From assembly GCA_963767005.1 (NCBI GenBank), contig CAVYCN010000019.1:1-64000 (forward strand): a stretch of DNA of 64,000 nt, given 5' to 3'. Both the position numbers and the translations under genes were made by a program. Under the pieces are notes generated by a model. That model was given only the letters and a program-made list of their open reading frames with translations, was not told the DNA's origin and did no database searches. Shown in pieces: positions 18,018 to 27,528 of this stretch. Source of the DNA: an uncultured Actinomycetes bacterium (GTDB taxonomy: Bacteria; Actinomycetota; Thermoleophilia; UBA2241). The number at the start of each line of letters is the position of its first letter. Position 1 is the stretch's first letter.

Positions 18018-19774
18018 TGGCCGGGGACCGCGACCGGGACGCCGCCGTTGAACGAGCCACTGCTCGAGCGGCGGAACGCGCCGCCGCCGGTGAAGTTGCC
18101 GAGACCGGACCGCGTGCTGGTGCTGCTGCTCGAGCTCGTGGCCGAGTTGGTGTAGGTGCCCGTGACGACGATCTCACCGGCGACCAGGCCGCTCGTGATC
18201 TGGGTGAGCGACGAGGTCGCCATGCCGGTCGTCACCTGCCGGTAGACGGGCTTGCCGTTCATCATCACCCGCACGAAGCTCGCCGAGGTGGTGCCGCTCA
18301 CGGCGCTCGTCGGCACCACGAGCACGTTGGTGCGCTTTGAGATCGTCACCGTGAGCGAGCCGGTCATGCCCGACTTGGCGAGCGACGGCAGGCTGCCGGG
18401 GCTGAAGTCGACGGTGTACTCGGCGGTGCTCGACGAGCTCGAACCGGAGCTCGACGACGAGGCCGGCTCGCTCGCGATCGACGTGATCGTCGCGGTGAAC
18501 GGGTCGCTCGTCTCGCCGTCGATCGTGCAGGCCGCCTTCTGGCCTACCTTGAGCGAAGCGAGATCGGTCTGGGTCACCTGGGCCTCGACCACGAGCTCAC
18601 GCGGAAAGTCGACGGTGGCAAGCGCGCTGGAGCTGCTCACCGCGGCGCCCAGGGCGACGTTCCACGACTCGATGGCGGCGCCCGCCGGCACCCAGACGAA
18701 CCGCGCGGTCGTGACCTCGCCCGTCTTGCTCAGACCGTGGGCGCCCTGCCAGTCCTCGAGCGCCGTCTTGGTGGTCGAGCCGAAGGTGCCGTTGACCGTG
18801 CCGCTGAAGTAGCCGGCGGCCTTGAGGGCGCGCTGCAACACCACCACGTTGGAGCGCTGGCCGCCCGACGAGAGGCTCGTCGAGAGCGTCTCGTAGAGCG
18901 GCGTCGTGCTCACGAAGGCGTAGATCGGCGAGCCCGAGATCGACAGCAGGCGCTGCAACGTGTGCGGCTTGGTGCCGCTGGCGACGGCGATGTTGGTCAC
19001 CACGCCGCTCGTTCCCGAGCTGCTGGAGCTGCTCGAGCTCGTCGCCGAGCTGCCGGAGCTGTAACTGCCGCCGGACGACGAGCTGGAGCGCGACGTCGAC
19101 CCGGACGAGGGGCTGCTCGTGCGTGTCGCCGTCGGTCGGGGCGTCGGCGTCGCCGTGACGGTGAACGGCACCGTGCTGGTCGCCGAGCCGACGGACGTCG
19201 TCACGGTGATGAGGCCGCTGGTTGCCTTGGCCGGCACGATGGCTTTGAGCTGCGTGTCGCTCACTACCTGATAGAACGCCGACGTGCCGTTGAACGTGAC
19301 GGCGGTCGTGCTGTCGAAGCCGCTTCCCGTGAGGGTCACCGTGGTGCCGACCGGCCCCTTGGGCGGCACGAAGCTCGCCAGTGTGGGCGAGGCCGACGGT
19401 GTGGGCGAGGCCGTGTCGTACGTGCGGACCGCGGCCGTAAGGACGGCCGAGGTGGCCGAGACCGCGCTCACGGTGGTGGCGCTGCCGCCGCCGGTGCCGG
19501 CCGCGGTCGTGCTCGCCCCACCGGTGCCGCTCGTGCTGCTCGACGAGCTGCCGGTGCCGCTGAGCGAGATCGTCATGGCGCTCTGTGCGTCGTTCAGCGT
19601 GAAGTCGGCCTGCACCGTGTCGGCGATGGTACCGGTGGTCGCCGTCGACGTCAGGTAGTGCACGCCCGAGGACCCGCCGCGATCGAGGAGGTAGACCGTC
19701 GCGCCGGCCGCGGCCGCCAGAGCCGCGACCACGATCACCAGGATCAGCCAAAAGCGACGTGTGCGTCTCTTCAT
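18014..19774 (-). CDS. Efflux adaptor (MFP-like) with IPT/TIG and peptidoglycan-binding domains
   Basis: N-terminal TM; SFVPPKGPVGTTVTLTGSGF (IPT/TIG); LQRALKAAGY..GTFGSTTKTALEDWQ (PG-binding 1); LVVPTSAV, ITSGLVAGEIVV. Confidence 0.8.
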   Translation of the reverse strand: MKRRTRRFWLILVIVVAALAAAAGATVYLLDRGGSSGVHYLTSTATTGTIADTVQADFTLNDAQSAMTISLSGTGSSSSSTSGTGGASTTAAGTGGGSATTVSAVSATSAVLTAAVRTYDTASPTPSASPTLASFVPPKGPVGTTVTLTGSGFDSTTAVTFNGTSAFYQVVSDTQLKAIVPAKATSGLITVTTSVGSATSTVPFTVTATPTPRPTATRTSSPSSGSTSRSSSSSGGSYSSGSSATSSSSSSSSGTSGVVTNIAVASGTKPHTLQRLLSISGSPIYAFVSTTPLYETLSTSLSSGGQRSNVVVLQRALKAAGYFSGTVNGTFGSTTKTALEDWQGAHGLSKTGEVTTARFVWVPAGAAIESWNVALGAAVSSSSALATVDFPRELVVEAQVTQTDLASLKVGQKAACTIDGETSDPFTATITSIASEPASSSSSGSSSSSTAEYTVDFSPGSLPSLAKSGMTGSLTVTISKRTNVLVVPTSAVSGTTSASFVRVMMNGKPVYRQVTTGMATSSLTQITSGLVAGEIVVTGTYTNSATSSSSSTSTRSGLGNFTGGGAFRRSSSGSFNGGVPVAVPGQ

Positions 19775-19841
19775 CGGTCCTCTGCTCCTTCGTGTCGTCG
19801 CTGGGCCGTGCGCCGCCGTGGCGTCGCTGGCCACGGGTGGC

Positions 19842-20837
19842 TCACACACCGCCCGTGGAGTTGGTGGACTGGCCGTTCGATGAGCCGCCCTGCCCACCCG
19901 AGAAGTCGCCGCCACCGTAGCCGCCGTAGCCGCCATAACCCTGGCCGGACTGCCTGCGCGTGCCGGGGAAGCCCGAGAAGCTCCGCGTGTAGAGGATGCT
20001 GTCGCCGGCCGAGAGGCCCGACGTGATCTCGGCCTCGGTCTGGTTCTCCTGGCCGACCGTCACGCTCTGCGTCACCGTCTTGCCGTTCTTGAGGAGCTGG
20101 ACAGTGGCGCTCGAGCCGCTGCCCTTGATGGCGGCGCGCGGCACGATCAGCACGTTGCTGGCCAGTACCTTCACCGTGATCTGCGCGAAACCGGTGTACT
20201 TGGTCGTGACGCCGCTCGGCAGCTTGGCGATCGAGATGGTCGCCGTCACCGAGTTGCTGCTGCCGGCCTGCACGGCCGTCACCGTGGCGGTCGCCTGCTT
20301 GGCGTTGCGCAGGAGCGCGCCCTGGCCGCCGCCGCCGCCGAAGAACCCCTGACCGCCGCCGCCCGAGCCGCCGGAGTATCCGCCCGAGCCGCCGGAGTAT
20401 CCGCCGCTGGCGGGGCTGGGCGCGCCGCTCGGGGCGACGCCGCTACCGTAGCCTTGACCGCTGCCGGGGCTCGCGGAGCCGCTCGGCCTCCCGTTGGCGC
20501 CGACCCTGAAGCCGGCCGGCAGCTTGATGAAGGAGACGGTGACACTCTGCCCGGCCGCGACCTGGGCGGCGTCGCTGCCCGCGACCTGGACCGTGGCCGT
20601 CACCTTGCCCTTGGTCGTGGAGGTCAGGCTGACGCGGCCGGAGGCCGTCTCGACCAGGTCGCCGCTCTTCACGGTGTAGAGCACCTGCGCGCTGCGGGTC
20701 GAGCCCGCCGCGGACGAGGTGGTCTTGTTCAGGCTGCCGCAGCCGGCGACGAGCGCGGCGACGGCGAGCAGCGGGAGCGCGGCGGCCAGCGTGGCGGCCA
20801 AGCGCCGCGGCATGCGGCGGACACGGTTGTGCTTCAT
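19842..20837 (-). CDS. Lipoprotein with a short efflux-adaptor-like domain and Gly/Ser-rich linkers
   Basis: Lipobox LVAGC; LIVPRAAI...VTVGQEN..EITSGLSAGD. Confidence 0.75.
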   Translation of the reverse strand: MKHNRVRRMPRRLAATLAAALPLLAVAALVAGCGSLNKTTSSAAGSTRSAQVLYTVKSGDLVETASGRVSLTSTTKGKVTATVQVAGSDAAQVAAGQSVTVSFIKLPAGFRVGANGRPSGSASPGSGQGYGSGVAPSGAPSPASGGYSGGSGGYSGGSGGGGQGFFGGGGGQGALLRNAKQATATVTAVQAGSSNSVTATISIAKLPSGVTTKYTGFAQITVKVLASNVLIVPRAAIKGSGSSATVQLLKNGKTVTQSVTVGQENQTEAEITSGLSAGDSILYTRSFSGFPGTRRQSGQGYGGYGGYGGGDFSGGQGGSSNGQSTNSTGGV

Positions 20838-21583
20838 CGGTCTCCCTCCATCGTGCGGTCGTCGTGCAGCCGGCCCTCGCTTAGTACGAGGCGGCGGTCG
20901 GCGTGGGCCGCGACGTCCTCTTCGTGGGTGATCATGACGATCGTGCGACCCTCGGCGTGCAGCGCATCGAGCAGCTCGAGCACCTCGGCGGTGGCCGTCA
21001 GGTCGAGGTTGCCGGTGGGCTCGTCGACGAGCAGCACCTCGGGGTCGCCGACCAGCGCGCGGGCGATCGCCACGCGCTGCATCTGGCCGCCCGAGAGCTG
21101 GCTCGGGTCGTGGGTGGCGCGGTCGGCCAGGCCGACCGCCTGCAGGGCCGCCGCGGCGCGGCGCAGGCGCTCGGCGCGACGCACGCCGCGGTAGATCAGG
21201 GGCGTGGCGACGTTCTCGAGGGCGCTCGTGCGGGGCAGCAGGTTGTGGAGCTGAAAGACAAAGCCCAGCAGCGCGCCGCGCAGCTGGGCGCGGGCGTTGT
21301 CGTCTAAGTCGCTGACGTCGTGGCCGGCCAGGCGGTAGCTGCCGGCGTCGGCGCTGTCGAGCAGGCCGAGCACGTGCAGCAGGGTCGACTTGCCGGCGCC
21401 CGAGCGGCCGGTACAGGCCACCCATTCACCGCGCCGCACCCGCAGGTCTAGATCGTAGAGGACCGGCACGGCGATCTCGCCCTGCCGGTAGGTGCGCTCG
21501 ATGCCGCGGGCGTCGACGATGAGGTCGACGGGCGCGGCGGCGATGGCGTCGGCGGGCGCGTCGAACGACGCGGTCTTCCCCAC
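20834..21583 (-). CDS. ABC transporter ATP-binding protein (LolD/MacB type)
   Basis: GRSGAGKST, GFVFQ, LSGGQMQRVAIARAL, DEPTGNLD; GAAAGGAG RBS. Confidence 0.95.
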   Translation of the reverse strand: MGKTASFDAPADAIAAAPVDLIVDARGIERTYRQGEIAVPVLYDLDLRVRRGEWVACTGRSGAGKSTLLHVLGLLDSADAGSYRLAGHDVSDLDDNARAQLRGALLGFVFQLHNLLPRTSALENVATPLIYRGVRRAERLRRAAAALQAVGLADRATHDPSQLSGGQMQRVAIARALVGDPEVLLVDEPTGNLDLTATAEVLELLDALHAEGRTIVMITHEEDVAAHADRRLVLSEGRLHDDRTMEGDR

Positions 21584-21628
21584 AGTGCTCCTTTCACGGT
21601 GCCGTCGTTCGCACGGTACGACCCGGCT

Positions 21629-21667
21629 CTGTGCCCGGGCTGGGCCGCAGCTGTGAGGAAACTGAGA
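21629..21667 (-). promoter_or_regulatory. MprA/OmpR-type direct-repeat array (four hexamers, 11-bp period)
   Basis: Minus strand TCTCAG-n5-TCACAG-n5-GCCCAG-n5-GCACAG, followed by a TACCGT -10 candidate. Confidence 0.6.
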
Positions 21668-21846
21668 ATCCCACATCATGCGGGCGAGAAGCTCGTGTCG
21701 AGCATGCCAGGAAACTAGACGGATGACCACGCCTAGAGTTGCCGGGAACCGGGCACGATACGGGCCGGGCAGGAGTGGGTCGCGGTCGGCGCGAGGCTGG
21801 AGCGCGTGACCTTGCAGGCAGTACTCGAGGGTGAGGGAGAACGGAG

Positions 21847-22151
21847 TGACCGAGGTGCAGGACTTGGCCGGTCTGGTGATCACGGAGACCTGGGGCGGCC
21901 GCAGATTGACGTTCGAAGAGGTCCTCGCCGCCGGGCGACCGGCCGTGTACCGCAAGTTCGGCGACCACCTGCTCTACGTGCAGGGTCGCCTGTTCGACGT
22001 GCATGAGCCGACGGCCCCCGTCGAGGTCGGTCTATCGCTGCCGACGTCCGCGCGCGATCCTCTTCCGGACCGCGCGATGACGGTCGGCATCGAGTACGGC
22101 TGGCGCCACAGCGCCGGCTGCGGCTGCGGCTTCTGCGGCAAGGCAGCCTGA
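21847..22151 (+). CDS. Small hypothetical protein with a C-terminal HxxxCxCxxC motif
   Basis: ORF with GC3 bias ending WRHSAGCGCGFCGKAA; start uncertain (GTG near 21831-21855). Confidence 0.6.
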
Positions 22152-22202
22152 CGCCGGCGCGGCGCGCGCGCCGCCTCGCGCGACCAGAGTGACGATCTCT
22201 TC

Positions 22203-22787
22203 CTAGTGCCCGCGGGTGGCGAGCGGCGTACCGTCGTCGGCCAGGCGGCGGGCGAGCGGCACGAAGCGCACCGCAAGACCGGCTGCGACACGCTCGACGA
22301 TCGCCACCGTAGGCCCATCGTCTTCTTCGTCGGGAGCGCTCGCCGTGCCGGGGTTCAGGTAGAGCGTGCCGTCGACCCACGAGGCCGTGGGCACGTGCAC
22401 GTGGCCGTAGACGACGAGGTCGGGGCGGGCGTTGTCGGACCCGACCGTCACGCGCCCGGCGGCCACGCGCTTGAGCAGCCGCTTGGGTTTGTGCGCGACC
22501 ACGAAGCGCACGCCGCCGACCTCACCGGTCACCTCGCGCGGCAGGTCGGCCGTGCCGCCGTCGCCCTCGACGTTGCCCGACACCGCCGTGACGGGGGCGA
22601 TCACGCCGAGTGCGGCGACGATGGCCGGATCGCCGACGTCGCCGGCGTGAATGATCTGGTCGACGCCGGCGAAGAGCGCGAAGACCGCCGGGTCGAGAAA
22701 GCCGTGGGTGTCGCTGATCACGCCGATCCGCACGCCGCCCGCCGCGGCGGCGGCGCCCACCGGACCTGCTGTGCTCGCCTCGTCCAC
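22203..22787 (-). CDS. YfcE-family metallophosphoesterase
   Basis: ISDTHG, HAGD, SGNVE, GHVHVP, NPGTAS. Confidence 0.9.
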   Translation of the reverse strand: MDEASTAGPVGAAAAAGGVRIGVISDTHGFLDPAVFALFAGVDQIIHAGDVGDPAIVAALGVIAPVTAVSGNVEGDGGTADLPREVTGEVGGVRFVVAHKPKRLLKRVAAGRVTVGSDNARPDLVVYGHVHVPTASWVDGTLYLNPGTASAPDEEDDGPTVAIVERVAAGLAVRFVPLARRLADDGTPLATRGH

Positions 22788-22917
22788 GCCCTCCTCCTGT
22801 TCTTGGCGCGGCGCCGTCGGACGCGCCCCCCCCGCTGACGGCGTGCATTCTACGCCGCTCGCGACGACCCGTCGCGGCTCGGCGTCGCGGCTCGGCGTCG
22901 CAGGCCGGCGTCGCCGG

Positions 22918-23763
22918 TCAGGCCGGATCGACGCCGCGCGGCGCGAAGCTGAGCGACTCGCCGGGGTCGAGCACGCGCACCTCGACGTCGGGCGCCGCGT
23001 GCCGGCTCAGCTCCAGGAACTCGTCGGGGCGCCGCCGTGTGCGTTGGAGCCAGGCGTAGGTCGCCTGCTTGCCGGCGTAGGCGGAACCCGGCACGTACAG
23101 CGTGCCCCAATGGATGGGCACGGCCATACGCGGACGCAGCAGGCGCAGCGCGTCGGCCGCCGTGCGGGGGCTCAGATGGCGGCCCTCGGGCGGCCGCACG
23201 CCCCAGGTCTCGATCGGCAGGAGCGCGACGTCGATGCGCTCATGCAATTCGTCCATGCCCTCGAACAGCCCGGTATCGCCGGCGAAGTAGACGGTCGAGG
23301 TGCCGTGCACGATGAAGCCGAGCGGCTCGGTGGGCGCCGTCACCACCCAGCGCCGTCGCGTGTGACGTGCGTGCACCGCCATGACCTCGAGGTCGCCGAA
23401 GTGCAGGCTGGTGTCGCGGCGCGTCTCGACCACCGTGCGAAAGCCGATGTGGCTGACCGTGCGGCCCATGTGCGTCGGGCCGATCACGACGGCCGACTTG
23501 GGCAGCAGCCGCAGCGAGGGCGTGTCCAGATGGTCGAGGTGCAGGTGGGAGATGAGGACGACATCGATGTGGTGCCGGACCGCGGGCTCGGGCAGGCTGC
23601 CGTAGCGGCGCAGCGGTCCCACCCAGCGCTTGAGCACGGGATCGGTGAGGATGCGCACACCGTCCATCTCGATCAGGACGGTGCTCTGACCGACGAACGT
23701 CACGCGTGTGGTGCCGGCCGCGGGCGGCACGCGCAGGTCGACTCGCTCGGCCGTCTCAGTCAC
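22918..23763 (-). CDS. MBL-fold metallo-hydrolase
   Basis: ILTDP, SHLHLDHLD, YFAGDT, VPIHWGT. Confidence 0.9.
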   Translation of the reverse strand: MTETAERVDLRVPPAAGTTRVTFVGQSTVLIEMDGVRILTDPVLKRWVGPLRRYGSLPEPAVRHHIDVVLISHLHLDHLDTPSLRLLPKSAVVIGPTHMGRTVSHIGFRTVVETRRDTSLHFGDLEVMAVHARHTRRRWVVTAPTEPLGFIVHGTSTVYFAGDTGLFEGMDELHERIDVALLPIETWGVRPPEGRHLSPRTAADALRLLRPRMAVPIHWGTLYVPGSAYAGKQATYAWLQRTRRRPDEFLELSRHAAPDVEVRVLDPGESLSFAPRGVDPA

Positions 23764-24072
23764 CCCGCCCTCCGGTCCTCGTCCCGCCTTCGTCGATCGT
23801 GCGCCTCCGTGTACGGTCGCCCGCGCGGACCGTACGGTTCGCGCACGCTCATGCTTCCCCGCCGGAGACCGCTCGTCAATCGCCGTTGAGTCGCCCGCGC
23901 CGACCGCCCAGGCGCCGCTTGTGCCGTCAGGCAACGGCCGGATGCCGTCCAGCCTTCGCAGACGCGCACCCCAGGCGTTCGCGTGGTCTACAGTGGACCA
24001 GCGACGCACACTGCACCGGAGCGCATGATCCCAGGACGGGCGTCGCGACGGCGGCGGATCCCGGGGGGCCCG

Positions 24073-24600
24073 ATGAGCGAGCGGCACGACACGCAAGCGG
24101 CGGAGCCGGCGGGCGGGGCGCTGGTGCGCTCTGCCACGCCGACCGACGCGGCGGCGATCACCGCGATCTACAACGACGCCGTCCTCACCTCGATCGCGAC
24201 CTTCGACCTCGAGACCGAGGACGTCGCCGCGCGGACGCGCTGGCTGGCCGCCGACACGACGCGGCTCTGCCTGGTGGCCGAGCTCGACGGCCGCGTGGTG
24301 GGCTGGACGGCGCTGACCCGCTGGTCGGCACGAGGCGGCTACCGCGAGGCCGCCGAGCTTGCCATCTACGTGGCCACGGACCGGCGCCGCGCCGGCCTGG
24401 GCCACGCGCTCGCCGGCGCGGCCCTGCGGGCCGCGCCGGCGCTCGGCCTGCACGCCGTCATCGCCCAGGTCTGCGCCGAGAACGAGGCCGGCCTCGGCCT
24501 CGCGGCGCGCCTCGAGCTCGTGCCGGTGGGCACCCTGCGCGAGGTCGGGGTCAAGTTCGGCCGCCGGCTCGACGTCGTGCTCTGCGAGCGGCTCGTCTGA
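24073..24600 (+). CDS. GNAT N-acetyltransferase (phosphinothricin/YncA-like)
   Basis: AIYNDAVLTSIATFD, RRAGLG, LREVGVKFGRRLDV. Confidence 0.88.
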   Translation: MSERHDTQAAEPAGGALVRSATPTDAAAITAIYNDAVLTSIATFDLETEDVAARTRWLAADTTRLCLVAELDGRVVGWTALTRWSARGGYREAAELAIYVATDRRRAGLGHALAGAALRAAPALGLHAVIAQVCAENEAGLGLAARLELVPVGTLREVGVKFGRRLDVVLCERLV

Positions 24601-24768
24601 CCGGCGGCCGGCGCGGGGCACAGGCACGACAACGGCGCTGAAAACGGGCGCCCGCGGGCAATCATCGTGCCGCAATGCGCGTGGGGCGGCGGCCGGCGAC
24701 ATCGCCGACGCCCGACCGGAGTCACTCGGTGGCCCGGCCCCGCGACGACGGCGGAGCGGAGGCCGACC

Positions 24769-25362
24769 ATGCCGATACCGATCGAACACGCGGCGTCCCG
24801 GCGGGCGCGCGCCTCGCGGTCACCGTCGACCCGGCCGGCGGCGTTGCTGCCGGGCGGCCCGCCACGCGTGTTCGCGGCGCGCCTCGCGCTGGGCGCGCCG
24901 CTGCTCGGCGGCGCGCTCTGGTATGCGCGGCTCGCCCTCCAGGCCGGTGCGCCGGCGCTCGGCCTGACTCCCGCGCACACCGTCGCTCAGACGATCGCCG
25001 CCATCATCCTCACGCCGGCCTGCGTCGCCTTTGCCGCCGCGCTCGCCGACGGCGCCTGGACCCTGCTGCGCGGACAAGGCTCGGCCGGGACCTGGAGCAG
25101 GGTCATGGCGGAGGCGCTGGCCGGCCTCGTCCTCGGCGCCTTTGTGGGCGTGCTGCAGCCGGCCGTCTGGCCCGGCCTGGCGGCGCTCGGCATCGCCGCC
25201 GCGCTGGGCCTGACCTTCGGCTTCGTCCACTGGCAGCCGCAGGCGGCGACCGGCGAGGTGCCCGACTTCGTGCCCTTCTGGCTGCTGCTGTTCGACGAGC
25301 CGCGCGCGCAGGCCGCCGCCCGGCCGGCGGCGACGCCGGCGCGCGAGCGCCAGGCTGCCTGA
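24769..25362 (+). CDS. Hypothetical membrane protein (~4 TM)
   Basis: Hydrophobic segments; GGAGG RBS upstream of ATG. Confidence 0.6.
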   Translation: MPIPIEHAASRRARASRSPSTRPAALLPGGPPRVFAARLALGAPLLGGALWYARLALQAGAPALGLTPAHTVAQTIAAIILTPACVAFAAALADGAWTLLRGQGSAGTWSRVMAEALAGLVLGAFVGVLQPAVWPGLAALGIAAALGLTFGFVHWQPQAATGEVPDFVPFWLLLFDEPRAQAAARPAATPARERQAA

Positions 25363-25407
25363 CGGCGTCGAGCTGACGGCGATGACGGCGCGCGACGAGG
25401 CGGCGAC

Positions 25408-27492
25408 ATGAGGGTGACGCAGAGCATGCGGCGAGCGGCCGGGCGACGGCCTGTGCCACCGCAGCGGCACCGCACGCGCTGGGTCGTTTTCGTCGTGCTG
25501 CTCGCGCTGCTCGCCGCCGCCGCCGGCGCGGCCCTGCTCGGCCGGGCCTTCGTCGGCCTCGCGAGCGGCACGCCGGCGATCTCGTCGCTCGTGCAGCGAG
25601 CGCCCGTCCAGACGACCCGGATCTACGACCGTCAGGGCCACCTGATCGCGCGGCTGCACGGGCCGATCGACCGCATCAACGCGACGAGCGCGCAGATCCC
25701 CACCGCTATGAAGCAGGCCACGGTCGCGGTCGAGGACCGTCGTTTCTACAGCGACTTCCACGGCCTCGACCTGCACGGTATCGTGCGCGCCGCGATCGCC
25801 GACCTGCAGAGCGGGCGACCGGCCCAGGGTGCGAGCACCATCACGCAGCAGTACGTCAAGAACGCCTATCTGAACGACAGCGAGACGCTGCAGCGCAAGG
25901 TCCAGGAGGCCATCCTCGCCTGGGAGCTCACCGACCGCTGGTCCAAGGACCGCATCCTCACCGCCTACCTGAACACCGTCTACTACGGCCAGGGCGCCTA
26001 CGGCGTGCAGGCCGCGGCCCAGACCTTCTTCCACGAGAGCGTCTCCAGGCTCACCCTGGCCCAAGCCGCCCTGCTGGCCGGCCTGCCCCAGGACCCGAAC
26101 GGCTACTCGCCGATCTACGACCCGCAGGACGCCCTGGCGCGGCGCGACACGGTGCTTGCCGACATGGTCGCCCAGGGCTACATCACGAGGGCCCAGGCGG
26201 CCGCCGCCTCGCGCAGCCCCCTGCGCGTCTATCGCACTCCCGAGCCCGGCGTCGCCGCGGACGCTGCCTGGTTCGTCGACTACGTCACGGCCCAGCTCGT
26301 GGCCCGCTACGGCGCGACCGAGACCTTCGAGGGCGGCCTGAACGTCTACACGACCCTGGACGTGCGCCTGCAACACGACGCCCTCGCGGCGATGAAGCAG
26401 ACCCTGCCCGCCGGTCCGGCCGGCGCGCTGGTCTCGATCGACCCGAAGACCGGCTTCATCCGCGCGATGACGACCACGCTCGACCCCAGGAAGGTGCAGT
26501 TCGACCTCGCCTTCCAGGCGCACCGTCAGCTCGGCTCCGCGATGAAGCCCTTCGCTCTGGCGGCGGCCGTCGAGCAGGGCGCCGATCCGGCCACCACCTA
26601 CTACACCTCGGAGCCCCTGAGCATCCCGCTGCCCTTCGGCCAGGTGTGGAACGTCTCGACTTTCGGTCACACCTACGCCGGGCGCATCAACCTGGTCCAG
26701 GCCACCTGGGCCTCCGACAACACGGTCTACGCCCAGCTCGCCATGGACGTGGGGGCGGCCAACATCGTGCGCGTGGCCCACGCCGCCGGCATCACCAGCC
26801 CGCTGAAGCCCTACCCCTCGATCGTGCTGGGAAGCGAGGCGGTCAGCCCCCTGGAGGTGGCCGACGCCTACGCCACCTTCGCCGATCTCGGCGTGCGGCA
26901 CGCCCCCCAGGCGATCGCGCGGGTCGTCTTTCCCAACGGCAGGGTGAGCCGCGCCCGCGTGCACGGGGTGCGCGCCATCCCGGCCGGGGTGGCCTACGTG
27001 GTCGACCAGATCCTCGCCGGCAACACGCGCTACGGCACGGCCGCTGCCATGCCGAGCTACTACACCGGCGTCGCGGCCGGCAAGACCGGCACCACTGAGA
27101 ACTCGGCCGACGCCTGGTTCTGCGGCTTCGACCCGCTGCTGGCCACCGCGGTCTGGATGGGCTACCCGCAGGCCGAGATCGCCATGCCCGGCGTGCAGGG
27201 CGCCACCTACTGCGTGCCGATCTGGGGACGCTACTACGAGATGGTCTTCGGCAGCCGCGCGGTGCCCGACTTCGCCCGCCCGGCCGAGATGCCGCACTAC
27301 CGGCCGTGGCAAGGCCACTACTCGGTGAGCGGCCCCGCGCCGACGACGGCGCCGATCGTGGCGCCGACGACGGCGCCGACATCGACCACGCCCGCCCCGC
27401 CCTCGGCTCCGACGCCGAAGACCACCACGCCTGCGCCGGCGCCGAGCGTGGCGCCGACCACGACAGCCCCGACGGTCGAACCTACGCCGTGA
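25408..27492 (+). CDS. Class A penicillin-binding protein (transglycosylase + transpeptidase)
   Basis: EDRRFY, GASTITQQYVKN, RKVQE, YLNTVYYG; SxxK (SAMK), SDN, KTG; Pro/Thr-rich tail. Confidence 0.95.
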   Translation: MRVTQSMRRAAGRRPVPPQRHRTRWVVFVVLLALLAAAAGAALLGRAFVGLASGTPAISSLVQRAPVQTTRIYDRQGHLIARLHGPIDRINATSAQIPTAMKQATVAVEDRRFYSDFHGLDLHGIVRAAIADLQSGRPAQGASTITQQYVKNAYLNDSETLQRKVQEAILAWELTDRWSKDRILTAYLNTVYYGQGAYGVQAAAQTFFHESVSRLTLAQAALLAGLPQDPNGYSPIYDPQDALARRDTVLADMVAQGYITRAQAAAASRSPLRVYRTPEPGVAADAAWFVDYVTAQLVARYGATETFEGGLNVYTTLDVRLQHDALAAMKQTLPAGPAGALVSIDPKTGFIRAMTTTLDPRKVQFDLAFQAHRQLGSAMKPFALAAAVEQGADPATTYYTSEPLSIPLPFGQVWNVSTFGHTYAGRINLVQATWASDNTVYAQLAMDVGAANIVRVAHAAGITSPLKPYPSIVLGSEAVSPLEVADAYATFADLGVRHAPQAIARVVFPNGRVSRARVHGVRAIPAGVAYVVDQILAGNTRYGTAAAMPSYYTGVAAGKTGTTENSADAWFCGFDPLLATAVWMGYPQAEIAMPGVQGATYCVPIWGRYYEMVFGSRAVPDFARPAEMPHYRPWQGHYSVSGPAPTTAPIVAPTTAPTSTTPAPPSAPTPKTTTPAPAPSVAPTTTAPTVEPTP

Positions 27493-27528
27493 CCCGCCCG
27501 CCCGCTCGGGGGCGCGTCTCGCGGCGCG

